Below are positions 29,527 to 40,832 of a stretch of DNA of 64,000 nucleotides, piece by piece. The number at the start of each line of letters is the position of its first letter. Within the stretch, counting starts at the first letter, position 1. The translations under genes were made by a program, and so were the position numbers. The notes under the pieces were generated by a model. The model had not been told where the DNA came from and searched no databases. It worked only from the letters and a program-made list of their open reading frames with translations. This DNA is from a bacterium. GTDB taxonomy: Bacteria > SAR324 > NAC60-12. Location of the stretch: NCBI GenBank assembly GCA_965209155.1, contig OZ242383.1, positions 352,001 through 416,000 of the forward strand, written 5' to 3'.

Positions 29527-30867
29527 ATGGAAAACGCTCTTTCGCATCAAAATCAAACACCGCGGGAAATCGCGGAAGAATTGGACAAATACATAGTGGG
29601 CCAGGAAGCTGCAAAAAAAGCAGTGGCGATCGCCTTGCGAAATCGATGGCGCCGCCTCCAGGTACGTGAGGATTTACAGGACGAAATCTTGCCCAAAAAC
29701 ATTGTCATGATCGGACCCACGGGGGTGGGAAAAACTGAGATTGCCCGGAGGATGGCACGTCTGGTCAATGCTCCTTTTACCAAAATCGAAGCCTCAAAAT
29801 TCACGGAAGTCGGATATGTGGGGCGTGATGTGGAATCAATCATCCGGGACCTGGCGGAAATGGCGATCAATATGGTACGTCATGAACACACCAAACGCAT
29901 AGAAGCCCAAGCCCAAGCCCAGGCTGAGGATCGGATTCTCGATTTGCTGCTTCCCTCGACAAATCCCAGGGAAAGCGAAGAAAATAATTCGACCAAAGAA
30001 AAATTCCGAGAAAAACTGCGCAAAGGCAAGCTCGACGACAAACCCGTCGAACTGGACGTTTCCGAAAAGGGATCCGGTGCCTTCATCGAAATGATGCCTA
30101 TTTCTCTCAATGACAACCTGGATATGAACATTCGGGACATGTTGTCCAATATGATGCCCAAGCGTACCAAACGTCGAAAAGTAAAAATCAGGGACGCGCG
30201 CGGTATTTTGGAGCAAGAGGAAATTCACAAGTTGCTCGACATGGAGGAAGTCTCACGCGAGGCGATCCACCGCGTGGAGCAAACCGGAATCGTTTTTTTG
30301 GATGAAATCGACAAGATCGCCACACGCAGTTCCCTCCAGGGACCGGACGTTTCCAGAGAAGGGGTCCAGCGTGATTTATTGCCGATCGTGGAAGGGTCGA
30401 CGATCAATACCAAGTATGGCCCCGTGCAAACTGACCATATTTTGTTCATTGCCGCAGGCGCATTCCACGTAGCCAAACCTTCGGACCTCATTCCTGAACT
30501 GCAAGGGCGCTTCCCCATTCGCGTAGAATTGAAGTCCTTGAGCAAAGAAGACTTCATCCGTATCCTGACTGAGCCTAAAAACGCTTTAATCGTGCAATAC
30601 ACCGAACTGCTTGCTACTGAAAAACTGACGTTAAAATTCACGGATGACGCCATCGAAGAAATCGCCAGGATCGCCTGCGAAGTGAATGAACAAGCAGAAA
30701 ATATCGGGGCTCGCCGTTTGCACACGATCATGGAACAGTTATTGGAGGAAGTCAGTTTTGAGGCACCTCAATTACTGGGACAAACGATTACAGTGACACC
30801 TGAGTATATTCAGGATCGGCTTTCTGAATTGCTGAAAGATCGAGACCTGACACGATATATTTTGTGA
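29527..30867 (+). CDS. hslU: ATP-dependent protease ATPase HslU
   Basis: [40 protein letters not shown]. Confidence 0.97.
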   Translation: MENALSHQNQTPREIAEELDKYIVGQEAAKKAVAIALRNRWRRLQVREDLQDEILPKNIVMIGPTGVGKTEIARRMARLVNAPFTKIEASKFTEVGYVGRDVESIIRDLAEMAINMVRHEHTKRIEAQAQAQAEDRILDLLLPSTNPRESEENNSTKEKFREKLRKGKLDDKPVELDVSEKGSGAFIEMMPISLNDNLDMNIRDMLSNMMPKRTKRRKVKIRDARGILEQEEIHKLLDMEEVSREAIHRVEQTGIVFLDEIDKIATRSSLQGPDVSREGVQRDLLPIVEGSTINTKYGPVQTDHILFIAAGAFHVAKPSDLIPELQGRFPIRVELKSLSKEDFIRILTEPKNALIVQYTELLATEKLTLKFTDDAIEEIARIACEVNEQAENIGARRLHTIMEQLLEEVSFEAPQLLGQTITVTPEYIQDRLSELLKDRDLTRYIL

Positions 30868-31685
30868 GCATGGATACGACGGAGATGGACACTGAAACCC
30901 TCTTGATGCGCCTGGAAAATCAGTTAAAGTGGTTTCTGAAGCAAAAATATTCCCATTTGAATTTAGCCCCTCTTATTCAGGAAGAATCGCATCAATTGAA
31001 CCGGGGCTTGCAAGCCATGATGGGTAAGGGAACGGCGAGGCCTCCCTCACTTGATCAACCCGCCGACTCTCCCCTGCGAAAACGGGAACAAGATGCATCC
31101 TCCGCTGCAACTCATCACAGGACGTCATCTTCCGGACCCGAGTCCCTGGACGAATTAAAAGAGCAGTACTGTATCTGTCAACGATGTCCTTTGGGTGCCT
31201 CTCGCACTAACTTTGTTTTTGGAGTGGGTCATCCTCACGCAACGCTTCTTTTCATTGGAGAAGGTCCCGGCGCCGATGAAGACCGGCTTGGTGAGCCTTT
31301 CGTAGGAAGGGCGGGTAAACTGCTGACCAACATGATTCGATCTATCGGGATTGATCGTCCGGACGTCTATATCGCCAACATCGTCAAGTGCCGTCCTCCG
31401 GGCAATCGAAATCCCCACGCGGAAGAAATCGCAAAATGTTTTCCAATCCTTCGGCGTCAAATCGAACTGGTTCAACCCCGGCTGCTTGTCACCCTGGGTA
31501 ACGTTCCCACCCAGGTTTTGCTCCCCAATGCGCCAGGGATTACCTCGTCACGAGGGCAACTCTATTTTTTTCAAAAGTGGCGGGTGTTGCCCACTTTCCA
31601 CCCTGCTTATCTTTTACGCAATCCCTCGGCCATGGCCCTGGCGTGGGACGATTTTAAAAAAATCCGTCACTTGTGCTTTGAATAA
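30864..31685 (+). CDS. Uracil-DNA glycosylase, family 4
   Basis: [15 protein letters not shown]...[23 protein letters not shown]. Confidence 0.92.
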   Translation: MSMDTTEMDTETLLMRLENQLKWFLKQKYSHLNLAPLIQEESHQLNRGLQAMMGKGTARPPSLDQPADSPLRKREQDASSAATHHRTSSSGPESLDELKEQYCICQRCPLGASRTNFVFGVGHPHATLLFIGEGPGADEDRLGEPFVGRAGKLLTNMIRSIGIDRPDVYIANIVKCRPPGNRNPHAEEIAKCFPILRRQIELVQPRLLVTLGNVPTQVLLPNAPGITSSRGQLYFFQKWRVLPTFHPAYLLRNPSAMALAWDDFKKIRHLCFE

Positions 31686-31751
31686 TGCCCCAGGAAGATC
31701 AACAGGTCACTTTGCTCAGACCAAGCGTACACCATTCATTGATGAAAGCCG

Positions 31752-33029
31752 ATGTCCATTGACGTACGAGGAGTGAAGGGAACCCGGGATTTTTACCCGG
31801 GTGAAATGCGGCTACGGAATTGGTTGTTTGGCGTTTGGCGCGAAGTCTCCCAGCAATTCGGATTCGAAGAATATGACGCATGTCTCTTGGAATACGAAGA
31901 GCTTTACACACGCAAAGCGGGAGATGAAATCACTGAGCAAATATATGCCTTCCCGGACAAAGCAGGGCGTCATTTGAGTTTACGACCCGAAATGACCCCG
32001 TCACTGGCCCGTATGGTCCTGCAACAACAAAAAGCCCTCTCCTTCCCTTTGAAATGGTTTTCCATTCCCCAATGTTTTCGCTATGAACGCATGATGCGTG
32101 GACGGAGAAGGGAACATTTTCAATGGAACGCCGATATTATTGGAGAATCGAGCGTGACGGCAGAAGCAGAAATCATTTCTTTGCTCTTGTCGGGTTGTAA
32201 AAACCTGGGGCTTACCGCGCAAGACGTTCGTCTCTTCTTCAACGATCGCCGTGTTCTCAATGAAATTCTCACCGTCCTGGAAGTCCCTGAATCCTTGCAT
32301 GATAAAGTGATGATCGTGATGGACAAACGGGATAAAATCTCTGAAGACGCATTTACCGAATTATTGCAAAAAGAACGACTCACCCGTGCCCAAATCAATG
32401 AGTTGATTGGATTTCTGGCAATCACGGGAATAGACGAGTTGGCCGAAAAGTTGGGCGGTGGCAAAGCGATGGAATCATTAAAAAGCGTCATGGAAATGGT
32501 CAATCAGGCGGGCTTTGGGGAATATCTGAAATTCGATATCTCCATCGTTCGGGGGCTGTCCTACTACACGGGCGTGATTTTCGAATTGAAAGATGTTCAA
32601 AAAGGACATCGTTCCCTCTGTGGAGGAGGGCGTTACGATTCTTTGCTTTCCACTTACGGAGGCGATACGATTCCGGCAGTGGGCTTCGGATTCGGAGATA
32701 TTCCCATTACGGACATGTTGTCGGACCTGGAGCGTTTGCCTGAATTGAGCCGTCATCTGGATTTTATGGTGGTGCCGTTTTCGGCGCAAGAGAAGGGCAT
32801 GGCGCTTGGCATCAGCAACAAGCTTCGACAACAAGGTGCCAGGGTGGAATGTGATTACAGCCTGAAAAAAATCAAAAGGGTTCTGCAACGGGCTGATGAA
32901 TTAAACGTACATAAAGTGGTCCTGCTATTTCCTGAGGAATTGGCCAAGGGAGAAGTTGTCGTGAGAGATATGAAAACCCGTCAACAAAAAAATATTTTGA
33001 TTGAAGACCTGCTGCTGGAAAACCAATAA
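31752..33029 (+). CDS. hisS: Histidine--tRNA ligase
   Basis: GTRDF, LRPEMT, FRYER, RGLSYYTG, GGGRYD. Confidence 0.97.
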   Translation: MSIDVRGVKGTRDFYPGEMRLRNWLFGVWREVSQQFGFEEYDACLLEYEELYTRKAGDEITEQIYAFPDKAGRHLSLRPEMTPSLARMVLQQQKALSFPLKWFSIPQCFRYERMMRGRRREHFQWNADIIGESSVTAEAEIISLLLSGCKNLGLTAQDVRLFFNDRRVLNEILTVLEVPESLHDKVMIVMDKRDKISEDAFTELLQKERLTRAQINELIGFLAITGIDELAEKLGGGKAMESLKSVMEMVNQAGFGEYLKFDISIVRGLSYYTGVIFELKDVQKGHRSLCGGGRYDSLLSTYGGDTIPAVGFGFGDIPITDMLSDLERLPELSRHLDFMVVPFSAQEKGMALGISNKLRQQGARVECDYSLKKIKRVLQRADELNVHKVVLLFPEELAKGEVVVRDMKTRQQKNILIEDLLLENQ

Positions 33030-33066
33030 CCTCTTCTTGTTTACGATTTTATCATTGAATACATCG

Positions 33067-33585
33067 ATGCGAATTGCGTTCTTAACTGTTGCTTTGTTAG
33101 TGCTTTTGGATCAAGGGTCCAAAATATGGATACGTATGCATATTGATTCATATCAGATCGTTCCTTTACTGCCCGATTTTCTGGAATTGACGCGGGTACA
33201 AAACAAAGGGGTGAGTTTCAGTTTCATGGCAGATTGGCCGGAAAGCATTCGCCTTCCTCTATTGCTTTCCATTTCTACAATCGCGGTGGTGGCAATGTTG
33301 TATTTTCTCATCGCGTATTGGAAATCGAATGATTTTTTCATGAAAACTGCATTGGTCATGATCATTGCAGGCGCATTGGGAAATTTGATCGACCGCGCGA
33401 TTTACGGCTCGGTGACGGATTTCCTCCATTTCCGTTGGTATGACCTCAGTTTTTTCGTGAACAACCTGGCCGATTGTTTCATCAGCGTGGGCGTGTGTTT
33501 TTTCATCCTTTCCACCGTGTTCGGAAATACAAAGAAACCGTCCGAACTGGAACCTTCTTCGGAAACTTCTTCTCACAGTCCGTAA
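33067..33585 (+). CDS. lspA: Lipoprotein signal peptidase II
   Basis: DQGSK, NKGVSFS, GALGNLIDR, VTDF, NLAD. Confidence 0.95.
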   Translation: MRIAFLTVALLVLLDQGSKIWIRMHIDSYQIVPLLPDFLELTRVQNKGVSFSFMADWPESIRLPLLLSISTIAVVAMLYFLIAYWKSNDFFMKTALVMIIAGALGNLIDRAIYGSVTDFLHFRWYDLSFFVNNLADCFISVGVCFFILSTVFGNTKKPSELEPSSETSSHSP

Positions 33586-33801
33586 TTCTCCTTGATTTAT
33601 CTCTCGTTTGCGCCACTTTTCGTCTACGCCCTCGGACTAATCAGGTGGAGTAGTCGTTGAAAAAGGCTCATTGTTCATTGGGTTGAATCCGTGTTATATT
33701 CGCTCGGTGATTGCCATCTTGTGAAGGAGTTGCGATTTCTCCTGTAACGCAGGTGGCCCGGCATACTCGAGACACAAAACTGAGAGGAAAAGGAGTCCCC
33801 A

Positions 33802-34674
33802 TTGGATAGCGAAAGCCCCATCCGGGAAGGACAGGTTCTGAGTGGCCCGTTGTTCCGTGAAACAATGAGATTGGAAACCGTTCGCATGAACGGAGCCGGC
33901 ACCTGGGATGCGGGTCTCGTCGGTCAACAATCGGAGTTCTTTGACGAGGTGCGCAAGGAACGACTGCCCGAGCTCGAGCGCGTTGCTGAACACGTCGAAC
34001 TCTCATTGACCGAAGTATTGCAACGTCTCGACCAGGAAATAGGCCGTGCCGCCGAAGAAGTGGAGAATCAGGTCCTTGGTGCCGAGGGACGTCAGGCGCA
34101 AGCCGAAATCCGTCACAACGAAGCGCTGGCGCGGCGAGACCGGCGTCGGCAGGAACTCGACCGGCAGCGAGCGTTGACTCTACAGGGAGTCGAGCGTTTG
34201 GCCAGCGTCCTGGTCCTGCCCCACCCGGAAGCCGATTCTCCGGAAGTGCGACGCCTGCGACCCAACGCTGAGACCGAAATGATCGCCATGAGGCGGGTCA
34301 TGGAGCATGAAAAAGCCCGGGGAAGACAAGTCTACGACGTCCACGAGAAGAACCTGGGCTACGATGTGACCAGTCTGGACCTGGATTCCGGAGAACTGCG
34401 TTTGATCGAAGTCAAGGGGCTCTCCGCCGCTACGGGTACCATCCTGCTCACGCCGAATGAGCGCCGCGTCGCCGAAGACCGTCCCGATTGTTACTGGCTC
34501 TACGTGGTCACCCACTGCGCGAGCGACCCGGAACTTCAGGAACCGGTCAGAAATCCCGCCCGCTTCCCCTGGCGCCCGGTCACCAAGGTGCAACACTACT
34601 GGCTCCAAGTGAACGCCCTGACCCAACCAATGCAAGTCAGCGAACTTCCACAAAAGTACAATGGATCACAATGA
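33802..34674 (+). pseudogene. SNF2-helicase/DUF3883 gene with large in-frame internal deletion
   Basis: N-terminus (IREGQVLSGPLF...GLVGQQSE) joins at about 33936 directly to the C-terminal coiled coil and DUF3883 domain (GYDVTS...LIEVKG...LTPNE...YWLYVV); no helicase motifs remain. Confidence 0.75.
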
Positions 34675-34689
34675 ACGCCAGGAAAAGCA

Positions 34690-35841
34690 ATGAGCGATAA
34701 CTTGAAAATCCGAAGACTCCATTTGCGAAATTGGAAGAATTTTCACGATGTCGAGGTTGCCATAGAAGATCGTGTCTTTCTCGTAGGTCCCAACGCGTCG
34801 GGAAAATCCAATTTTCTCGATGTTTTCCGCTTCTTGCGTGATCTCGCTTCGACCGGAGGCGGTTTTCAGGACGCGGTTTTACGACGGCGCGGGGTGAGCG
34901 CTATTCGATGCCTGGCGGCACGCCGGCATTCGAACATAGAAGCGTATGTCGAACTGCAGGATTCAAGAACAGGAGTCCAGTGGAAATATGAAATCGTTTT
35001 CTCTCAGGACAACCGTCAGCGCCCCATAATTCGCAAGGAACAGGTAACGCGTGATAACGAGTTAATCGTCGACCGGCCCAACGGAGATGACGAGAAAGAT
35101 CCCGCGCGCTTGAAACAGACCTATCTCGAGCAAGTGAACGTCAACCAGCCCTTTCGTGAATTGATCGAATTCTTCACTTCCATCCGCTATCTGCACATCG
35201 TCCCGCAACTCGTGCGGGAACCCGGTCGCTCACTCGGCCGATTGAACGATCCCTTCGGCGGCGATTTCCTCGAACAGGTCACGAGGACTCCGGAACGGAC
35301 CCGTAACGCGAGATTCAAGCGTATTCAGGACGCACTGCGGTTTGCGGTTCCACAGCTCGAAGAGATTGATCTCTGGCGCGACGATCGTGGCACGCCGCAC
35401 TTGCGAGGAAAATATCAACACTGGCGCCCGCAAGGAGCCTGGCAGACGGAGGAACAATTCTCGGACGGGACTTTACGCCTGGTGGGGCTTCTCTGGGCAA
35501 CCATGGAAAAGAAGGGACCGTTGTTGCTCGAAGAACCGGAACTCTCGCTCCATCCGGAGGTGGTGCGTAAGTTACCCCAGATGTTGACCCGGGTTCAACG
35601 GAAAACGGGCCGTCAGATCTTCCTGAGCACCCACTCACCAGAACTGCTGCAAGACGAAGGTATCGGGCTCGACGAGACCCTGCTCATCATTCCCAATGCG
35701 GAAGGCGTCAATGTCACTGCGGCTGCATCGTACCGGGAATCCCGTGATCTGCTGGAAGGCGGTCTTTCGCTTGCGGACGTTGTGATCCCCAAAACCCAAC
35801 CTGAGCAAGTGGAACAACTCTCCTTGTTCCCGGATTCTTGA
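34690..35841 (+). CDS. ABC-type (AAA_21-like) ATPase
   Basis: Walker A GPNASGKS, signature FSDGT, Walker B LLEEPE, H-loop STHS. Confidence 0.88.
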   Translation: MSDNLKIRRLHLRNWKNFHDVEVAIEDRVFLVGPNASGKSNFLDVFRFLRDLASTGGGFQDAVLRRRGVSAIRCLAARRHSNIEAYVELQDSRTGVQWKYEIVFSQDNRQRPIIRKEQVTRDNELIVDRPNGDDEKDPARLKQTYLEQVNVNQPFRELIEFFTSIRYLHIVPQLVREPGRSLGRLNDPFGGDFLEQVTRTPERTRNARFKRIQDALRFAVPQLEEIDLWRDDRGTPHLRGKYQHWRPQGAWQTEEQFSDGTLRLVGLLWATMEKKGPLLLEEPELSLHPEVVRKLPQMLTRVQRKTGRQIFLSTHSPELLQDEGIGLDETLLIIPNAEGVNVTAAASYRESRDLLEGGLSLADVVIPKTQPEQVEQLSLFPDS

Positions 35842-36467
35842 GCATGTCCGTGTTTGTTGTTATCTCCGCTGCGGTCGAAGGCGACGTCGACGAAGCGATT
35901 GTACGGAAACTCGTCGCTCATGCGGGTGGACAAATCGGGAACGTGTATGGTAAGAACGGGAAATCCATGCTGCGGAAGAATATCAACGGTTACAACAATG
36001 CGGCTCGTCGTACTCCCTGGCTGGTACTCATCGACCTCGACAATGATGCCGATTGCGCACCAACGGTACGGGAAGAATGGATACCGGCCCCTGCGACTCA
36101 TCTTTGTTTCCGAATCGCCGTACGTGAAGTCGAGGCCTGGCTCATGGCGGATGCCACGACACTCGCTCGTTACCTGGGCGTGTCAGCAAACAAAATCCCG
36201 GCAGAACCCGAGCAGCTCGCACGTCCGAAAGATGCTATGGTCCACCTGGCACGTCAGTCCCGTCGTTTGGTCATTCGTGGAGACATGGTGCCGCGGATAA
36301 AAAGCGGACGTCGCGTAGGCCCGGCATATCCATCGCGACTCGTGGAATTCGTCCGAAATCATTGGCAGCCCGATGTCGCTGCCCAACATTCAGAGAGTCT
36401 TAAAAGATCAATCGATTGCTTGCAATGGCTTATCAGGAAGACTAGCAAGGAGACTGAACGACTATGA
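35838..36467 (+). CDS. TOPRIM-like / DUF4276-like partner protein
   Basis: VEGDVD, DLDND, REVEAWLMAD; overlaps both neighbours by 4 nt. Confidence 0.7.
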   Translation: MSMSVFVVISAAVEGDVDEAIVRKLVAHAGGQIGNVYGKNGKSMLRKNINGYNNAARRTPWLVLIDLDNDADCAPTVREEWIPAPATHLCFRIAVREVEAWLMADATTLARYLGVSANKIPAEPEQLARPKDAMVHLARQSRRLVIRGDMVPRIKSGRRVGPAYPSRLVEFVRNHWQPDVAAQHSESLKRSIDCLQWLIRKTSKETERL

Positions 36468-39438
36468 TCCCGAGAGAATGCAAACGACTGGCGGAGGTGG
36501 ACTTTCCTATTGCTGAGGTCTCCAGGCATGCGGTGCGGGAGAAATCGATCCGGCACGGGCATCCTTCGACGCTGCACCTGTGGTGGGCGCGACGACCGCT
36601 GGCTTCGTCACGTGCGGTATTGGTAGCGTTGCTGCTGCCAGACCCGTGTGACGAGCATTGTCCACCAAGCTTCAAGGAGGAGGCGCGCAGATATTTACCG
36701 CAAATTGCCGGTTGCCGTCCGGATGCCACGGACAAAGGGTTGCGTAAGGCACTCTTGCGGTTCATCGCCGACTTTGCCAACTGGAACCTGGCTGCGAACC
36801 AGAGCTACCTCGAGGTGAGTCGTGCCCTGGTGAAGGCGGCCCATGGTGATGAACCTCCTTTAGTCGTGGACCCCTTCGCGGGCGGGGGTTCGATTCCACT
36901 GGAGGCCCTGCGGCTTGGTTGTGAAACCTTCGCCAGCGATCTCAACCAGGTGGCCTGCCTGATCCTCAAGGTGATGCTGGAGGATATCCCGCGCCACGGA
37001 CCGGGATTGGCCGAAGCATTACGCAAAGTCGGTGGCGAGATCAAAGGGAAGGCCGAGCGGGAATTGGAGGACCTCTACCCCCCGGACCCGGACGGCGCCA
37101 CGCCGATTGCCTATCTCTGGGCGCGGACGGTGCGCTGCGAGGCGCCCCAACTGCGGTGCGGAGATCCCGCTGATGCGATAATTCTGGTTGTGCAGGAAGC
37201 CCAAACGCAAGTGGGCGCTCCGTCCCCGGGTGGAATGGTTCGAACACCGTCCCCCGCATGTCCAATTCGAGATTTTTGAACCGAAAACGGACAGGGAAGT
37301 GCGTACCGGTAACGTAACTCGCGCGAAGGCGACGTGTTTGTGTTGTAGCTCCGTGTTACCCCCCGAACGGGTGAGAAAACAACTCGCTGCACAACGGGGT
37401 GGTGCGGACGTCCTCTTCGATGGGCAGGGGCACCGCGTTGGCGGAGCATGGATGACGGCGGTAGTGATTCTCAAATCCGGCCAGACCGGGCGGCATTATC
37501 GTCTTCCCACCAACGCGGACTACGAGGCGGTGCGCCGCTCGCAATCTCGGTTGGCAGACATCCCCGACGAGTAGGAGCGCAATGGCAATCAAGGACTCTG
37601 CCCGGTACCGGATGAGCCAACTCCTGCTGGGGGCGGTTCAGGAGCAGGTCGAGCGTTCAGCGTTCAGCGCTATGGCATGCTGCAGTGGGGTGACCTCTTC
37701 ACGGCAAGGCAAAAGATGGTGTTGGTGGAAATATGTAGAAGTGTTGCTGAATCACAACTGAAAGGGATTTCGAGCGAGTTTGTTGCACTCATTGTCTCTC
37801 GCCTCACTGATCGTTTAGCATCATTGGTGGGTTGGGATGTAGGAGGTGAGAAACTCGGCCATGTCTTCAACCGACAAGCATTGCCAGTAGTTTGGGATTT
37901 TGCTGAGGGAACGCCTTTTTCAGGAGCTACGGGAAGTTACAAAAACGTAGCAAACCAAATTCAAGGCGCGGTTCAATCCATTTCGGGAATTATAGTAGCC
38001 ACCGGTCAAGTCCAATCTGCTGATGCCAGCGACCATCCGTTACCTGACCAGACTGCTGGAGTCTGGTTCACCGACCCTCCTTACTATGATGCGGTACCTT
38101 ACGCAGACCTCTCCGACTTTTTCCTCGTTTGGCTCAAGCGCACGCTGCCCGATAATCCACTGTTACACGATCGGTTCGATTCAGACAATTCCCTCTCACC
38201 TAAGGACGCCGAGGCCGTACAAGACGAAATCAAACAAGTGGATTGCCGACCAAAAGATCGGGAGTGGTTCGAGGAAACAATGGCGGAGGCGTTTGCTGAG
38301 GGCCGCCGGGTACTAGACGCAGATGGGGTTGGTTCCGTCGTCTTCGCCCACAAAACCACTGAGGGCTGGGAGGCGCTGCTTTCCGGTGTGATCCAAGGTG
38401 GTTGGACTATCACCGGCTCTTGGCCTATTGCCACGGAGAGGCCCAATCGTTTTGCGGTCGCGAGACTCCGCCGCCCTCGCCACCAGCATCCACCTCGTCT
38501 GCCGCCCGCGTCCCAAGGACGCGCCCATCGGCGACTGGGCCGACGTGCTGCGCGAGTTTCCCAATCGTGTGGGAGACTGGATGGAGCGATTGCAGGGAGA
38601 AGGCATTCGTGGCGCGGACCTGGTCTTTGCCTGCATCGGCCCGGCTCTCGAAATCTTTAGTCGTTACCGCACCGTGGAGACCGCCGAGGGCCGCCAAGTC
38701 GGTCTATCCGAGTACCTTGAAAAAGTCTGGGAGGTCGTCGGGCGCACCGCATTACAGCAGGTACTCGGTACGGCGGAAGCGAAAGCGCGCAATGAATTGG
38801 CCGGCGCGCTGGAGGAAGACGCCCGCCTGACCGCGCTGTTCCTCTGGACGCTGCAAAGCACGGTCACCTCCGAAGCGAACGATAAACCGGAAGAGGACGA
38901 GGATGCGATTGCCCAAGTAGCGTCAAGGGGATTCAACCTGCCCTTCGACGTCGTGCGTCGTTTCGCCCAACCCATGGGCATCGATCTCAACGTCTGGACC
39001 GGCCGAATCATCAAACAGGAAAAAGGCGTGGTGCGCCTGCTGCCGGTGACCGAGCGGGCCGGAAAACTCTTTGGCGAGGAGGGGGCCAGTGTCGCTGCCG
39101 ATTGGATCGAGCATGAATCGGAAGCCAACCTGCAATTGACACTTTTCCCCGAAATGGATACTCCATCCAGGTCAAGAATCCGACATCGTAGAAGGAAGTC
39201 CATCCTTGATGGTGAAATCGATCTTCAGTCGCTCGAGGCCACCACCCTGGACCGCGTGCACGCGGCTATGATTTTTCAGACAGAAGGTCATACCAACGCG
39301 TTGCGGAAGTTGATCGAAGCCGAACAGGAGCGTAGCCTCGACTTCCTGCGACTTGCCAACGCGCTTTCCGCCCTGTACCCTCGTCACAGTGAAGAAAAGC
39401 GGCTTTTGGACGCGATGCTGCTGGCGGCTCCCAAGTAA
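36464..39438 (+). pseudogene. DUF1156 adenine-specific DNA methyltransferase, inactivated
   Basis: HLWWARRPLA, DPFAGGGSIPLE, TDPPYYD. Lesions: +1 in C run 37145-37148, TAA 37179-37181, TAG 37572-37574, +1 in T run 38450-38453. Confidence 0.9.
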
Positions 39439-39450
39439 AAAGGAGAGGTC

Positions 39451-40809
39451 ATGGAGAAAATAACATTGAAAAACTATCGCTGTTTCCGTGAAGAACAAAC
39501 CGCCCGCCTGGCGCCTCTGACTTTGCTCGTAGGCGAAAACAGCAGCGGGAAAACCTCCTTCCTGGCATTGACTCGGGCACTATTAGTCACTGCCTTCCAG
39601 CACGACATTCCCGATTTCAAAAAAGAGCCGTATGACTTGGGCAGCTTTGACGAAATTGCCCATAACCGGGGTGGAAGAGGAAGCCGGGCAAGTACTTTTG
39701 AGGTGGGATTCGAATTCACTCCCAGTCACCCCATAAAGGGCATGGATGTGGCTACCGGTTCCTGTCGCTTTGAGGTGGATTTCGGAAAGAAGGGAACCGT
39801 GCCGTTTCCGGTGAGAAGACGACTTTCGAGAAAGAATCATTGGCTGGAATACAGTCTGCGAAATGATGGATCGTGGTTGCTTTGCTTCAGCACAGTAAAT
39901 AACCGTTGGCAAATAAAGTTGCCCGAATTGCACACTCAGTTTGATGGTGGCTGGATTCCTGCTTTCGATTTCAGTATTGGATTTCTGCTGAATCGCCTAA
40001 GAGACGATGAAAAAGAATTAATTAAATATGTTGCCCCATTGGATGGAATTGATCTACCCACAACGGAAGAATTGAATCTGATTGTTGACGCATCCATGTC
40101 CACGTTTAATCAAAATCAAGCATTGTATGCCGGTGCGCCAATCAGGTCCAAACCGCACCGCACCAACGATCCCTCCCGTACTGCATCGGATCCTGAAGGC
40201 AATTATGTTTCCAGTTATCTTGCCGACCTCTATTTCCGGAATAAAAAGATGTGGACAACTCTCAATGAGCGTCTTGAAGACTTTGGCAAGGCCGCGGGTC
40301 TCTTCGACGAAATATCTATCAAACCATTAGGTAAGCGGGAAATTGAGCCTTTCCAGGTACAGGTCAGGAAATTCGATGGTCGGCGGAAGGGTCCCCCGCG
40401 CAACCTGATCGACGTGGGCTACGGCGTCAGTCAGGTGCTGCCCGTGATAACTGAACTTTTACGCGAGGATGCGCCACCCATGTTCCTCTTGCAGCAGCCG
40501 GAAGTGCATCTCCACCCGAGCGCCCAAGCCGCCCTGGGAAGTTTATTCTGCCAAGTCGCCGGGCCGGAGCGCCAGTTGATCATCGAAACGCACAGCGACC
40601 ATTTGCTCGACCGGGTGCGGATGGACGTTCGCGATGGCACGACTGGTTTAAAACCCGAGGACGTCTCTATCCTGTATTTCGAACGTGGAGAGTTGGACGT
40701 TCGCATTCACTCACTCCGAATCGACGAAGAGGGAAACATCCTTGGCGCTCCCGAGGGTTACCGTCGCTTCTTCATGGAAGAGGTACAGAGGTCGCTATGG
40801 AAGCGATAG
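39451..40809 (+). CDS. ABC-type ATPase with DUF3696-like C-terminus
   Basis: GENSSGKT, DVGYGVSQVLP, LQQPEVHLHP, IETHSDH; AAGGAG RBS. Confidence 0.85.
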   Translation: MEKITLKNYRCFREEQTARLAPLTLLVGENSSGKTSFLALTRALLVTAFQHDIPDFKKEPYDLGSFDEIAHNRGGRGSRASTFEVGFEFTPSHPIKGMDVATGSCRFEVDFGKKGTVPFPVRRRLSRKNHWLEYSLRNDGSWLLCFSTVNNRWQIKLPELHTQFDGGWIPAFDFSIGFLLNRLRDDEKELIKYVAPLDGIDLPTTEELNLIVDASMSTFNQNQALYAGAPIRSKPHRTNDPSRTASDPEGNYVSSYLADLYFRNKKMWTTLNERLEDFGKAAGLFDEISIKPLGKREIEPFQVQVRKFDGRRKGPPRNLIDVGYGVSQVLPVITELLREDAPPMFLLQQPEVHLHPSAQAALGSLFCQVAGPERQLIIETHSDHLLDRVRMDVRDGTTGLKPEDVSILYFERGELDVRIHSLRIDEEGNILGAPEGYRRFFMEEVQRSLWKR

Positions 40810-40832
40810 AATATCTGGTGAGGATCTGAGCA

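Noticed and set aside
33586..33801. Searched for a tRNA, att site or integrase at the island's left border, and a matching repeat at about 43.3 kb
   Set aside because: No tRNA fold, direct repeat or recombinase found.
36887..36897. GGTTCGATTCC, a tRNA T-loop-like motif
   Set aside because: It lies within the methylase motif I codons (GGSIP); no cloverleaf.
37145..38453. Programmed frameshifting or phase variation of the DUF1156 gene
   Set aside because: The runs are only 4 nt and two separate nonsense codons are also present.
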